A stretch of DNA of 64,000 bases. It comes from a virus (taxonomy: Duplodnaviria > Caudoviricetes). A program made the position numbers and the translations under genes. The DNA is taken from IMG/VR virus record IMGVR_UViG_3300010167_000010, positions 64,001 through 128,000 of that record. One strand, written 5' to 3'. Below the pieces are notes generated by a model. It ran no database searches. It had not been told where the DNA came from and saw only the letters and a list, made by a program, of their open reading frames with translations. Positions 38,953-49,416 of this stretch are shown piece after piece. Numbering within the stretch: position 1 is the first letter of the stretch; each line of letters begins with the position of its first letter.

Positions 38953-39725
38953 TAAATTAATCTCCTTACTATTACAGTGCAATGTACACCATTTTCAGAT
39001 ACATCTGTTATAGTTGTTCCGCTGCTACCTGTTCTAACTATTATTTCATATAAAAAAACTTCATTATTTAAAATAAAACTTATCCAATATGTTGGTGAGC
39101 TAGCTCCAGAGCCGAATAAGCATTGATTATCTATCTGGAACGATTCACCATTAATTATTGGTCTGCTTATTGTATGAGTAGTATTGAATCCCCGCGACCA
39201 ATCAATATGACTTGCATTATTTGTTACTATAGTACTTCCATTTGATCCTGAACCAGCCCATCTGCCCTGCATCCTTACTCTTAAAGATACATTAGAAAAA
39301 GCGATACTCTCTGGAAAAGTATCTAAATGACAAGATAAAATATAACCACTAGCATTCCTAAAAGTTGTTCTAAATCTTAACATATCAGCTAAAACTATAT
39401 TAGCATTCCAAGGTTGTAATATATTTCTAGCAATATTATCTCTTATTAAGGGGTCATTTGCTGTAGATCCTGAAGGTCTTCTATTATTAGGCATCCAATT
39501 TGGTCTATCATTTAATGCGGGATCCCACATTCTAAATAAAAAAGTAGAATAATCTCTAGAACCTCTTAAAAGGGATACAGAAGGTAAATCATTAAAACGA
39601 TTTATTATCATTGATAATTGAGGAACTTGTTCTTGAAATTCGTTATGCATTTTTTTAGTTAAAAGAGAATAAGAATTATTATAATCATTCATTATCTGAA
39701 TATCATCATAAACATTTTGTGACAT
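38952..39725 (-). CDS. tail fibre / receptor-binding-like protein
   Basis: MSQNVYDDIQI ... VIVRRLI; paralog-like termini with 38080..38952. Confidence 0.55.
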   Translation of the reverse strand: MSQNVYDDIQIMNDYNNSYSLLTKKMHNEFQEQVPQLSMIINRFNDLPSVSLLRGSRDYSTFLFRMWDPALNDRPNWMPNNRRPSGSTANDPLIRDNIARNILQPWNANIVLADMLRFRTTFRNASGYILSCHLDTFPESIAFSNVSLRVRMQGRWAGSGSNGSTIVTNNASHIDWSRGFNTTHTISRPIINGESFQIDNQCLFGSGASSPTYWISFILNNEVFLYEIIVRTGSSGTTITDVSENGVHCTVIVRRLI

Positions 39726-39732
39726 TTATTTC

Positions 39733-40401
39733 TTATCCTATAATATGAATTTCTTGAATATTTGGTTTAACAGTAGCTCCATTAAAATCTATTCTTAATC
39801 TATTTTGAATTACTTCATATTTTCTTGGAATTAATTCGGTATCAGTATTTTCAAAAAATTTAAAAATTGCTCTAGAAGGTAAAATCGTATTATTAAAAGT
39901 TATTTCTAAGATTCCATTTGCAAAAGAATTATTATCATTCCACATATTTGGTGTAAATACTTTATACATATTTTTTTCAGCAACAATATTTCTAGAACCG
40001 TCTAACATTTGACCTATTCCTAAAAAATTATTTTGATCATCTACAATAATATATAAACCATCTTCAGTTAAAATATCAGGACTAGTAGTATCACGAAACT
40101 TTTCTAAAGTTACTCTTGGAAATATAAGTTGAATTCCGCGCTCATCTCTTTTAAGATTAGCTGGTGAATTTGGTCTAAATATTTCATCAAAAGTTCCTGA
40201 GTCCATTATCCTTATTTGAATATTATTTGTATTACGATTAATTTCTAACCCAGGTCCAGCTCCTAATGGTACAGGTAAATTATCTAATCTATTATGGGCA
40301 TCTTCAGCTTTTATTTTTATTTCTTCAATTAAATCTAAAGGAGTTTTATCAGCAACTAACTCTTTTTTTCCATTTTTTATAGAATAAATACCTTTTTTCA
40401 T
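39733..40401 (-). CDS. tail fibre-associated protein
   Basis: N-terminal GIYSIKNGKK motif, AGPGLEI, DGLYIIVD. Confidence 0.55.
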   Translation of the reverse strand: MKKGIYSIKNGKKELVADKTPLDLIEEIKIKAEDAHNRLDNLPVPLGAGPGLEINRNTNNIQIRIMDSGTFDEIFRPNSPANLKRDERGIQLIFPRVTLEKFRDTTSPDILTEDGLYIIVDDQNNFLGIGQMLDGSRNIVAEKNMYKVFTPNMWNDNNSFANGILEITFNNTILPSRAIFKFFENTDTELIPRKYEVIQNRLRIDFNGATVKPNIQEIHIIG

Positions 40402-40415
40402 ATTTTAATTTCCTT

Positions 40416-41066
40416 TTAAGATAATTGTAATGATGGTAAATGTAAATTATTGATCATATGATTTTGCAGTGGATCACTAGTGATCCACATGGCTGAAAAA
40501 CTAACAATAGCATTACCACTAGGCCAACTTGGTGCTGGCGAAATAGATCCGCTAGTATTTCTAAAAAAAATATCTCCATTTGGTTCAATAAATACTAATC
40601 CATTATGAGAATCACTATTTCCAGACCCACCTTGCGCGGCCCAGATAGCAATAACTCTTTCCATAGGTCTCCAACCAAAAGGAATGTTACCTGGTATTAC
40701 ATTTGTAAACGTACCTGTTTTAGATCTATTATGATTAAAATGAACTAAAAATTGCATTCTGTTAATGAAAGCTGGGCAGTTATTAACCCACCCAGAACTA
40801 TTTTGAATAATACCAACCCTATAATTAGCTAAAGCTTCTTCTAATGAACCTGTCCCACCTAACCACGGTGGTATTCCTTCAATAAAATCCCAATGTACTT
40901 GATTAGTAGGATCGTTTAGTATTCTATGATTATGTGCTCCAGGTTGTATTGATAAAAGACCACCATCATTATCATCAGTATGACCATGTATTAATGTTTC
41001 ATTTAAATCAGCTATTCTTTTCTTTTTTCCATTTTTAATGGCGTATATTCCTATTTTATTCTTCAT
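40416..41066 (-). CDS. tail fibre / receptor-binding protein
   Basis: GIYAIKNGKK N-terminus, GAHNH, RBP-head-like IPFGWRP...FIEPNGDI; class B motif at 41069-41077 (-). Confidence 0.6.
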   Translation of the reverse strand: MKNKIGIYAIKNGKKKRIADLNETLIHGHTDDNDGGLLSIQPGAHNHRILNDPTNQVHWDFIEGIPPWLGGTGSLEEALANYRVGIIQNSSGWVNNCPAFINRMQFLVHFNHNRSKTGTFTNVIPGNIPFGWRPMERVIAIWAAQGGSGNSDSHNGLVFIEPNGDIFFRNTSGSISPAPSWPSGNAIVSFSAMWITSDPLQNHMINNLHLPSLQLS

Positions 41067-41082
41067 ATTATTTAGTTCTTTA

Positions 41083-41115
41083 AAAATAAAAAGGCGATAT
41101 ATTTCTATATCGCCT
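41083..41115 (-). terminator. intrinsic terminator
   Basis: On the - strand AGGCGATATA-GAAA-TATATCGCCT followed by TTTTATTTTT. Confidence 0.88.
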
Positions 41116-41136
41116 GTAAAAATTATTTATTAAATT

Positions 41137-42540
41137 TTATGGGTTGTCGTCGTCAGGTTCGCCGCCGCCGTCAATAATTGGGCTATCTTCAACTACAAAA
41201 TAAATACCCCAATTTTCTCTTTTACTTTTATCAATTTCATCGAATTCTGTTTCAGTTACAACATTTTGTCTAAATCTTATCCCAGCTTCTGATACAGTGA
41301 GTTCTTTTGAAGATCTTCTATCAATTTTTACTGAAATTGCATTTCCAGGAATATTTTTATTTATGTCTCCAACGATACCATCACCAGCAGTGTAAGGAAC
41401 AATAAATTCTGAAAGATTTGCAAAAGTATATTTAATAGTTGATACTGCATCAGTTTCAGTTTTCTTTGTAAAGAAACCTAAAATAAGATATCCTCCAGGA
41501 GTTAAACTATCTGGGGCTTGATCCATAATATTATTTCTAACAGTTTCTGGAATTTTAGCATCAAATTCCCAACCTGTATTCGATAATCTTAATACGCTTG
41601 CGAATGCAATTGTAGTTCCAATTGTAAGTTCTACTTTTCCTAATTCAAAAGGTTCACCTGTTTCATCATCTTTACCAAGTAATTTAAGAATATTACCTGA
41701 TTGTTCAAATGTTACATTTGCTAAAAGACCATCATCGTCATCCCATGTTAAAACTTTATCTGTTTCATCTACCTGTGTTTTAATAATTAATGCTTTAATT
41801 TCTTCAGCTACTGTCCCAAATTCATCGTTTTCAAATTCGACTGGAATATCTCCACCATCAATAGTAACTGCACCATTTGGATCTGGGGCGGCTCCATTAA
41901 CTGTTTTTACTAAACTATTTTGAAGAGCTTCAAGTGCTTCAACTCTTTGTCTTACACCAAGTAAAGCTACAGGGCATGCTGTTCCATGATTAGCTTCAGC
42001 ATCTTCTTGCATTTCAATCCACCAAAGTCTAATTAAAGCAAAGTTACCAAGTGGATCCGCATCCATTCGTGCAGCGTCCATTCTAGCTGCTAAAACAGGG
42101 TCGACTTCATGAAGTCTTGAACTTGGATCAATATCCCACTTTCCTGGTGTACCAGGAATATCATCTGTTCCCGGGACTGGGTCAACCCACGTTGCTGGAA
42201 TATAATTCCAATCTTTATTAAATTGTAAGAATAAAAGTTTATTTGCTACTGCAACTTCTTCTCTTATCCAATTTGTAAAATCCCAGTTATTTTGAAGATT
42301 TTTATCAGTTGCACCTAACAAAATTGCTAATTCAGTGATTTTATCTCTTACTGATTTATATTCTTGACCGTCTGCTTCTTCTTCAGAAGTAAAAAACGGA
42401 ATTTGATATGCCGCTAATCTTAAATCTTTGTAATATTTAGAATTTTTATCCTGCTCAGCTTGAAGACCATTAATTGTTTCAAGTTTGTTAACTTCAGCAA
42501 GAACTTTTTTCTCTCCATTAATTACTCTAATTACTGCCAT
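41137..42540 (-). CDS. tail fibre protein
   Basis: VKTVNGAAPDPNGAVTI, YTAGDGI and EFDEI...GIYFVVED fibre motifs. Confidence 0.7.
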   Translation of the reverse strand: MAVIRVINGEKKVLAEVNKLETINGLQAEQDKNSKYYKDLRLAAYQIPFFTSEEEADGQEYKSVRDKITELAILLGATDKNLQNNWDFTNWIREEVAVANKLLFLQFNKDWNYIPATWVDPVPGTDDIPGTPGKWDIDPSSRLHEVDPVLAARMDAARMDADPLGNFALIRLWWIEMQEDAEANHGTACPVALLGVRQRVEALEALQNSLVKTVNGAAPDPNGAVTIDGGDIPVEFENDEFGTVAEEIKALIIKTQVDETDKVLTWDDDDGLLANVTFEQSGNILKLLGKDDETGEPFELGKVELTIGTTIAFASVLRLSNTGWEFDAKIPETVRNNIMDQAPDSLTPGGYLILGFFTKKTETDAVSTIKYTFANLSEFIVPYTAGDGIVGDINKNIPGNAISVKIDRRSSKELTVSEAGIRFRQNVVTETEFDEIDKSKRENWGIYFVVEDSPIIDGGGEPDDDNP

Positions 42541-42567
42541 TTATTTCTCCTTATTAAATAGTTGTTC

Positions 42568-43194
42568 TTATAAAATAAAGTATGTTCCATCATACTTTTT
42601 ATTTCCGAAAATTAATTTGTCATCAATTTCTTTATCAAATTTTATTTTAGTATTTGTCCAAGCTTTTGGCTGTCTATCAGCATATTGATTTATAGTCATT
42701 CTTTCAGCATCAGCTTTTCTTTTATTAAAATTTTCATCAGTTTCATCATCATTTTTTTCAATAGATACAATATTCACAAATTGGGGGTTTGCATTTAATT
42801 GTTGAGCTTTAAGAATATCACCAGTTAAATCTTCTGGGTTTATATCTATAGAAATATCATTTATTTTTGTATTGAGAACATCAATAAATTGAATAATATT
42901 ATTTTTTCCTAATGTTTCTCGTAGTTCATTAAATATAGTTCTATCTTGACCTGATAATTCAGTTCCTATTGCATTATTAAATCTATTTGTAAAACCACCT
43001 ACAGAATCTATAGCATTTTTTATTTGTTCATATAAATAATTAAACATTTCTACAGGCATTGGGGCTATTTCTAATAATTCTTCATTAAAAGCACGAATTC
43101 CACCAAGTCTAGGATTTTCTTCTACAGATTCTCCTAAAACTTGTCTTTGTAATTCATCCCTTAATTCTATTAAATCATCTCTTGTTAACGGCAT
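42568..43194 (-). CDS. tail-associated protein
   Basis: Helical N-terminus, C-terminal KYDGTYFIL; AGGAG SD and class B motif at 43209-43217 (-). Confidence 0.55.
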   Translation of the reverse strand: MPLTRDDLIELRDELQRQVLGESVEENPRLGGIRAFNEELLEIAPMPVEMFNYLYEQIKNAIDSVGGFTNRFNNAIGTELSGQDRTIFNELRETLGKNNIIQFIDVLNTKINDISIDINPEDLTGDILKAQQLNANPQFVNIVSIEKNDDETDENFNKRKADAERMTINQYADRQPKAWTNTKIKFDKEIDDKLIFGNKKYDGTYFIL

Positions 43195-43216
43195 TTTTAA
43201 TCTCCTATTATTTAGT

Positions 43217-46200
43217 TTATCTAAATTTTTTAAATTTAAATCTCATATGAACAGGTAAACTTGCTCTAAAACCAATACCCGTTGGATTTTGATTATTTGC
43301 TGGAGTTGTATGAAAATCTCCAAGAATACCTTCGTAAGAACCATCATTAGGTCTTCTTGGTCCCTCTGATCTATGACGAATTAAAATTCCAGGTTCTGTA
43401 AAAAAATCTGTTTCAGTATCAGATGAAAGATATATGTTTAAATTACGTTTAATACCAGTCCAACCTTCTTCACTATCAAATTGACCTGCAAACATTTCTC
43501 CTAATTCTCTATTAGTAATAGGTAATTCAATATTAGCTGCAATTGCAGCTAATCTTATATTTTCAAATGTAATGATATTTAAACCACCATTATGTAAAAG
43601 ATTAAAATCCCATAAATCAGGTTCTATTTCAATTTCATTCCAAATAGCAATTAAGTTTATATCTTCCATAACAGTAATTGGCCAAGAAACTACGCCACCA
43701 CTTACATATTCCCAATGACTAAACTCATATGTAAATTCTTCAGTTGCAACTTTAGTTAATTCTATTGTTGGTGCTTCTAAAGAGGTACCTTCTTTTTTCG
43801 ATTCTAAATTTATAAGTGGTATACCACCATTTGTATCATAAGTTATTGTAAATATTACTTCATTAAAATCAGCTGTTAGAATAATATTTTTTGTAATTGG
43901 AGTACTAAAATCAAATTCTTCATTATTTTCGTTTAACCATTTTATAAATGTATAACCAATTATTTTTGGATTTTGGGGAATATCATCTAAAACTTCCCCA
44001 TGTAAAACTTCTCTAATAATATTAGTTTGGCCATGTCCAATTTCAAATGTAATTGTATGTGGTATTGGTAACCATTTAGCTACTAAAACTAGATTATTTA
44101 ATACTATCCCAGGAATATATTCTTCACTATTTAATTCCCAATAAACGAAATCAAAGCCATCTCTTGTAATAGTTGGTAATTCTATTTGAACTCCAGAATT
44201 AAAAGTTCTAATTAAGTTTCCATTATCATTCGGCCAATTAGGTATTGTTGTTGTAACATGAGTATTTCTTAATTCTACTATAAATGGAATTGGTAACCAT
44301 TTAGCATATACTATTATATTTTTTTCGACATAAACTTCATCAAATTTATTACTAAATGTGTTATTATCTTTATACCAACCATCAAAATAGAAATGTTCTT
44401 TAGTTAAACCTTGACCATTACTTAAACTAAAGATATTATTACTTGGTCTAATTCCAGTAATAATTATAGTTCCATTATTATTATCAATTGTCCAATTTGG
44501 ATTATTTCCATTTTCATATATTGCACCATTTAAGTGATATGTTACTGTAAAAGAAATTTCTACCCATTTAGCTGTTAATTCAGTATGGGTAGTAATTGTT
44601 CTATTTTCTTCACTTACTAAAGAGCTATTTAAAAGCCAACCATCAAAGGTATAATCATTTTTAATTGGTGTTGGTAAATTATTTATATTTAATAAATTAT
44701 TACTAACAGGTATTCTTAATGGATCATTATTTGTTAAAATTCCACCGTCTGTATTAAAAGAAACTTCATAAAAGAAACTTACGTTAGGAAAAATAAACTT
44801 TGGAATACTTTCTCTTTCATTTTCATCAATAAGAATAAATTCTAAACTCTCATTAGTAGTAAATGTTTGAGATAAATTAGGGTGAACATTAAATTCTAAA
44901 CTTGGTCCACCAGCTATTCTCATATTAGTTACTTTAAAAGAACCTTCATTAAAATATATTTCTATATTACTTATTGTAAATGAATCTCCTTGTTTTACTT
45001 CTTGAGGGTTTACATTAAAAATAATATCATATATGTCTGGTAATTTATAAGGATTAAATATTCCAGGATTTACTTCTATAGATCTAAAAGTTCCATCAAT
45101 GTTTGTTGCAGTAATTATAAATGGAGTATTATCTGTTATAGTTTTAGGTGATGTAAAAGTAATCGTTCCTTGAAAACCTTCTGTATAATTTATATTATTA
45201 AAAGGAATATTTTCACCATTATGTGTAATAGCTACTGATTGTAAATTTAAACCACCTTTATATATTTGAGCGTCAATCCCAGTAACTTGATAACTTAAAG
45301 TATCATGAAGTATATCTGGAAGTCCTAATAATTTTTTAGCACCAAAATGAGGTGGTATAATTGAATCATAAAATATCATATTAAATATATCTGAAAATGG
45401 TACATTATCAAATATAATACCTTGGCGGGCACCACCAACTGTATGTAAAGTTTTTACGAACTCGCCATCTTCTATAGGAGAAGTAAATGTACCTGCTGGG
45501 AAATTATGTGTATGATCACATCTAGCTGCTGTTGTTGAAGTTCCGTTTATTCCACCTGAAATTCCTAATTCTAAATGATGACCGTGATTTCTTATTTCAG
45601 AAATATCATGATCATGTATTTCGGGAGCTGCACCAACTTCTGAATATGTATAAGTTGGTTTTTCTATTGCTTTTGCCCAAGGGTGTACGTCTGAAGCTTC
45701 TCTTTTATCTATTAAACGATAGTCTCCTTCTTCAATATAATCACCGATTGGTTGATAACCGTGGACATGATCTACACGTGAAGCTTGAATAGCGTCTGGA
45801 ACATTTCCTGAATAATTTATTTTTGCCCAATCACTAACATCAGCTGCATTTCTAGCATTAGTAAGTCTATAATCGTTTTCTTCAATATAATTTCCAGCAG
45901 GTTGATAACCGTGAGTATGCCCTAATGGGGAGGCGCCAATATCAGCAGGTGTTAAAGCACCAGAAATTAAATTAGTAATATGACCTTCATCTGAAACTGT
46001 AATACCTTTATAAATAATACCCGAATTTAATTGAGAATTATTTAATAATCCAGTAACGTGTTGATATTCAGCTGGGAGTTGATCTGCTGTTAAATATTGA
46101 TCGTGAGTATGACCTGTTAATGCATATTGGTCATGGGCGTGTCCTGATAAAGCATATTGAGTATGTTCGTGACTAATAGGTGCAAATACATTACCAGATA

Positions 46201-47713
46201 CTGAAATAACATCTCCACTAATTATAATATTTTCACCTGGAGTATATGTAGTATTAGTATAAGTTGAATCTAATGTTCCATCATTTAAAGTTAAATTATT
46301 TCCTAGAATAAAAGCTCCGCTTATACCATCAATAGTTGTAACACTATTTGGGGAGCTCATATCAGTAACGTTTATTTCTCCTGTTGAAGTTATTGATAAA
46401 TTATTTCCAAGAGTTAAAGCCCCGCTTAATCCACTAATTGTAGTTGTATGATTTATAGCCCAAGCATCTTTTTCTGCCTGGGTAACGTGAAGCTCACCAA
46501 CACCATGTATAAATGTCATATCAGGTACTTGTATTTGTCCTTCAGGTGTAATAGAAATTTTACCGCTTAAAGTTAATGCTCCACTTAATCCACTTATTGT
46601 TGTAACATAATTAGGAGTTTCCATATTTGCTACATTAATAGTATTACCACTAAGAGATATATTTGATCCTAAAGTAAATGCACCGCTAATACCACCAATT
46701 GTTGTAGTATAATTTTTAGCCCATTCAATTTTTTCTTCTGCAGATACGTGATAACCAGATGGATGAGAAAAATTTTCTAAAATATCTAATTTATTCTTAT
46801 CTTCTGAGCTCATAAATCCGCTAATTGTAGGAGTAACAAGACCATGTGAATGCACAGCACTAATAGTTGTCCCACTAATTTGAATGTTTATCCCAGAAAT
46901 TAATCTATCTTGTTTATTATTCCAAGTATCTCTTTCCCCTGATGTTAAATGTGTTGTATCACCAACATGTTCTATTGGAGCAAATGGGTGCCCGTGTTGA
47001 TATTCAGGATGCTCATGTGGCAATGGTTGCCTTGCATTTTCAAGTCTTTCATCGCCTTCTCTAATTAAATCATCTGGTAAACTTGGTAATGCATGCATAT
47101 GATCGCTTTTAGCTGCTGTCAATAAAATACCATTTTGAACATCTTGTCCAAATTGTGGTGCAGTTTGATTACTTAAATCAGCTACATTAGCTCCACCATG
47201 ACCACCTTCACATTTATTATCATCTATATATTGTTTTATATTTATTGTTGAGCCATCAGAAATTGGCATTTCTGCACCATGATTCCAGTGATTTCTTTCA
47301 TCATAATGTGTAAGAAAACCAGACACTATCTGAGCATTAATAACTGCTATATGTGCTTGTTCATCTGTTAAGTGAGTATTTAGTACACCACTAATACTAG
47401 ATATTGAAGCTGTATTTCCTGATATTAGTCCTCTAATTGCTGTATCATCGTAACCTGCTACACCCTCTGGGAGATATGGAACACAATTAATATCTTGGAA
47501 CCCACCTGCAAATATATATTCAGTTGGTTGCATTGAGCCATTTATACCATCTCTGACAGTAAATTTAAGACCTATATATCTTTGTCCTACAGGTAATTGT
47601 TGCAATGCAAATGTTAAATTACCTGCAAAATATGTTTTTGAATCTAAAGGAGTTCTACTTTGTGTAAAAAAGTTTCCCATCCCAACATTATTTGAACTAT
47701 CATGTATACTCAT
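43217..47713 (-). CDS. long tail fibre/adhesin with ISG and HxH repeats and InlB B-repeat (Listeria-Bacteroides repeat) domains
   Basis: HxH motifs, TISGLSGALTL repeats, five xFxTxGG...Y/F.F..W...LTAKW-type repeats. Confidence 0.8.
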   Translation of the reverse strand: MSIHDSSNNVGMGNFFTQSRTPLDSKTYFAGNLTFALQQLPVGQRYIGLKFTVRDGINGSMQPTEYIFAGGFQDINCVPYLPEGVAGYDDTAIRGLISGNTASISSISGVLNTHLTDEQAHIAVINAQIVSGFLTHYDERNHWNHGAEMPISDGSTINIKQYIDDNKCEGGHGGANVADLSNQTAPQFGQDVQNGILLTAAKSDHMHALPSLPDDLIREGDERLENARQPLPHEHPEYQHGHPFAPIEHVGDTTHLTSGERDTWNNKQDRLISGINIQISGTTISAVHSHGLVTPTISGFMSSEDKNKLDILENFSHPSGYHVSAEEKIEWAKNYTTTIGGISGAFTLGSNISLSGNTINVANMETPNYVTTISGLSGALTLSGKISITPEGQIQVPDMTFIHGVGELHVTQAEKDAWAINHTTTISGLSGALTLGNNLSITSTGEINVTDMSSPNSVTTIDGISGAFILGNNLTLNDGTLDSTYTNTTYTPGENIIISGDVISVSGNVFAPISHEHTQYALSGHAHDQYALTGHTHDQYLTADQLPAEYQHVTGLLNNSQLNSGIIYKGITVSDEGHITNLISGALTPADIGASPLGHTHGYQPAGNYIEENDYRLTNARNAADVSDWAKINYSGNVPDAIQASRVDHVHGYQPIGDYIEEGDYRLIDKREASDVHPWAKAIEKPTYTYSEVGAAPEIHDHDISEIRNHGHHLELGISGGINGTSTTAARCDHTHNFPAGTFTSPIEDGEFVKTLHTVGGARQGIIFDNVPFSDIFNMIFYDSIIPPHFGAKKLLGLPDILHDTLSYQVTGIDAQIYKGGLNLQSVAITHNGENIPFNNINYTEGFQGTITFTSPKTITDNTPFIITATNIDGTFRSIEVNPGIFNPYKLPDIYDIIFNVNPQEVKQGDSFTISNIEIYFNEGSFKVTNMRIAGGPSLEFNVHPNLSQTFTTNESLEFILIDENERESIPKFIFPNVSFFYEVSFNTDGGILTNNDPLRIPVSNNLLNINNLPTPIKNDYTFDGWLLNSSLVSEENRTITTHTELTAKWVEISFTVTYHLNGAIYENGNNPNWTIDNNNGTIIITGIRPSNNIFSLSNGQGLTKEHFYFDGWYKDNNTFSNKFDEVYVEKNIIVYAKWLPIPFIVELRNTHVTTTIPNWPNDNGNLIRTFNSGVQIELPTITRDGFDFVYWELNSEEYIPGIVLNNLVLVAKWLPIPHTITFEIGHGQTNIIREVLHGEVLDDIPQNPKIIGYTFIKWLNENNEEFDFSTPITKNIILTADFNEVIFTITYDTNGGIPLINLESKKEGTSLEAPTIELTKVATEEFTYEFSHWEYVSGGVVSWPITVMEDINLIAIWNEIEIEPDLWDFNLLHNGGLNIITFENIRLAAIAANIELPITNRELGEMFAGQFDSEEGWTGIKRNLNIYLSSDTETDFFTEPGILIRHRSEGPRRPNDGSYEGILGDFHTTPANNQNPTGIGFRASLPVHMRFKFKKFR
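46094..46172 (-). repeat. coding tandem repeat (HxHxQYALxG)x3
   Basis: HEHTQYALSG HAHDQYALTG HTHDQYLT, about 30-nt period. Confidence 0.7.
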
Positions 47714-47722
47714 TTATTTCTC

Positions 47723-49405
47723 CTATAAATTTGGAAACACTATTGTAAAATTAGCAGATCCAGCTGTTCCACCAGTATTTTGTACCCTTAAACTATAAGT
47801 AATATCATCAATAATTTCATTTCGTTGATGAATAAAAGAACCAGCAACGTCTGCATTCATAGAATTTCTAATTTCCATTGGTCCAATATCAATAGGTATT
47901 AAAATTGCTGGCCAATTAAATTCAAATGGAACATTCCATGCTACAGGTTGAGTTCTTTCTGCTTTTACTTTGGTAAAATTAGTTATATTAAAATTATTAA
48001 TATTCATTGGTTCAGGTTCTCCAAAATCATTTTCTGCACCCTCTATTGCTCCCCAATAAAAGAACTTATCATCAATAATTTCTTCTAAATCAGCTATTAA
48101 AATAATATCTTCTTTTATAGGTGTATCAAAATCGAACTCTTCATCATCTTCATTTAACCAACCTTTAAAAGTATATCCATCAACAACTGGATCAACAGGC
48201 TTAGTTACTGTTTCATTCCAATTTACTGTTTCAACAATATGCTCAGCATCATTTATTTTAAAAGTTACAGTAAATGTATCAATATTAAATTTTGAAATAA
48301 TGGTTTCATTTTGAGTAATTATTGAAGTAAAATCGAAATCCCATGCATCAAATGTATGACCTTCTCTTATTGGATTATCTGTAGGAGGTGTTATATTTCC
48401 ACCATCAGCAACCTCTGTTATATAAAAATCTGTTCCATTATAATTTAAGAATCTAATTGTATGAGTTATTTGTTCATAAACAGCTTTAATTGTAATATCT
48501 TCTTGTGCAGATAACGGCCAATTTATTATATTATTATTTTCATTATTTATCCAATGTAAAAAATTAAATCCAGGTTTTATTGGATCAACTGGCTTTTCAA
48601 AATCAGTACCTTTAATTGCTTTAAAGTTTCTTATAATATTATCTTCATGATCTAAAAGAGTTAAAGTAATAAATACTAAATCTGTATCCCAAAATAAATC
48701 ACTTAAAACACCATTTGAATCAACTGTAGCTTTAAGAACATAAGTAACATCTTCACCAGTTGATGGAAGTGTTCTAGGATCTTGTATGTTTCTTCCAAAT
48801 AAACTGATAGTATTGCTTTCTGCTGGAGCAATAGAAGTATTTCCCAATGTAGAAATACCAGCTACTGTTAAATTATCTCTTAACGTTGTTGCACCAGTTA
48901 CATCTAAAGTTTGAGTAACTCCTAAAGTACCATTTATATTTGTTGAATTGTTAACTGTTAAAGTACCATTAATAACTACTGCACCTTCAGCTGTTAAAGT
49001 TCCTCGTAATAAAGTTACACCGCTAACAGTTAATTGCTGTATAGTTGTTGCAGCAATTTTATTTAATGGAATATTCCATTCTTCTTCTCTTCCATTAGTT
49101 CTTCTTAGAGTAAAAGATTCTAAATAATCATCTCCAATATAATTAGGAATTAATTCAAAATCCCAACCAATTTGGACTTTTTGTGTCATTGCTCCAGATC
49201 TATTTTCTAGAAGCCATGTATCATTATTAGCTCTATCGTATCTTATTTCGTAATCTGACAAAATAGTTTCTAAATTAAGTTTATCGCCATCGAATAATCG
49301 CAATATCGGTTCAGATAATCTATCAGGTTTAGTATATAATTCAAATTGTAAATCTTCAATTACAGCTACGTGATTACGATTAGCTTCTGTTATTCTATAA
49401 CTCAT
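47723..49405 (-). CDS. tail fibre protein with beta-helix segment and three InlB B-repeat domains
   Basis: GTLTxxG repeats; DPIKPGFNFLHW, NPIREGHTFDAW, DPVVDGYTFKGW. Confidence 0.75.
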   Translation of the reverse strand: MSYRITEANRNHVAVIEDLQFELYTKPDRLSEPILRLFDGDKLNLETILSDYEIRYDRANNDTWLLENRSGAMTQKVQIGWDFELIPNYIGDDYLESFTLRRTNGREEEWNIPLNKIAATTIQQLTVSGVTLLRGTLTAEGAVVINGTLTVNNSTNINGTLGVTQTLDVTGATTLRDNLTVAGISTLGNTSIAPAESNTISLFGRNIQDPRTLPSTGEDVTYVLKATVDSNGVLSDLFWDTDLVFITLTLLDHEDNIIRNFKAIKGTDFEKPVDPIKPGFNFLHWINNENNNIINWPLSAQEDITIKAVYEQITHTIRFLNYNGTDFYITEVADGGNITPPTDNPIREGHTFDAWDFDFTSIITQNETIISKFNIDTFTVTFKINDAEHIVETVNWNETVTKPVDPVVDGYTFKGWLNEDDEEFDFDTPIKEDIILIADLEEIIDDKFFYWGAIEGAENDFGEPEPMNINNFNITNFTKVKAERTQPVAWNVPFEFNWPAILIPIDIGPMEIRNSMNADVAGSFIHQRNEIIDDITYSLRVQNTGGTAGSANFTIVFPNL

Positions 49406-49416
49406 CTATTTACTCC

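Noticed and set aside
38080-41066. Diversity-generating retroelement targets (Asn-rich fibre tips)
   Set aside because: No reverse transcriptase and no TR/VR near-duplicate pair seen in the window.
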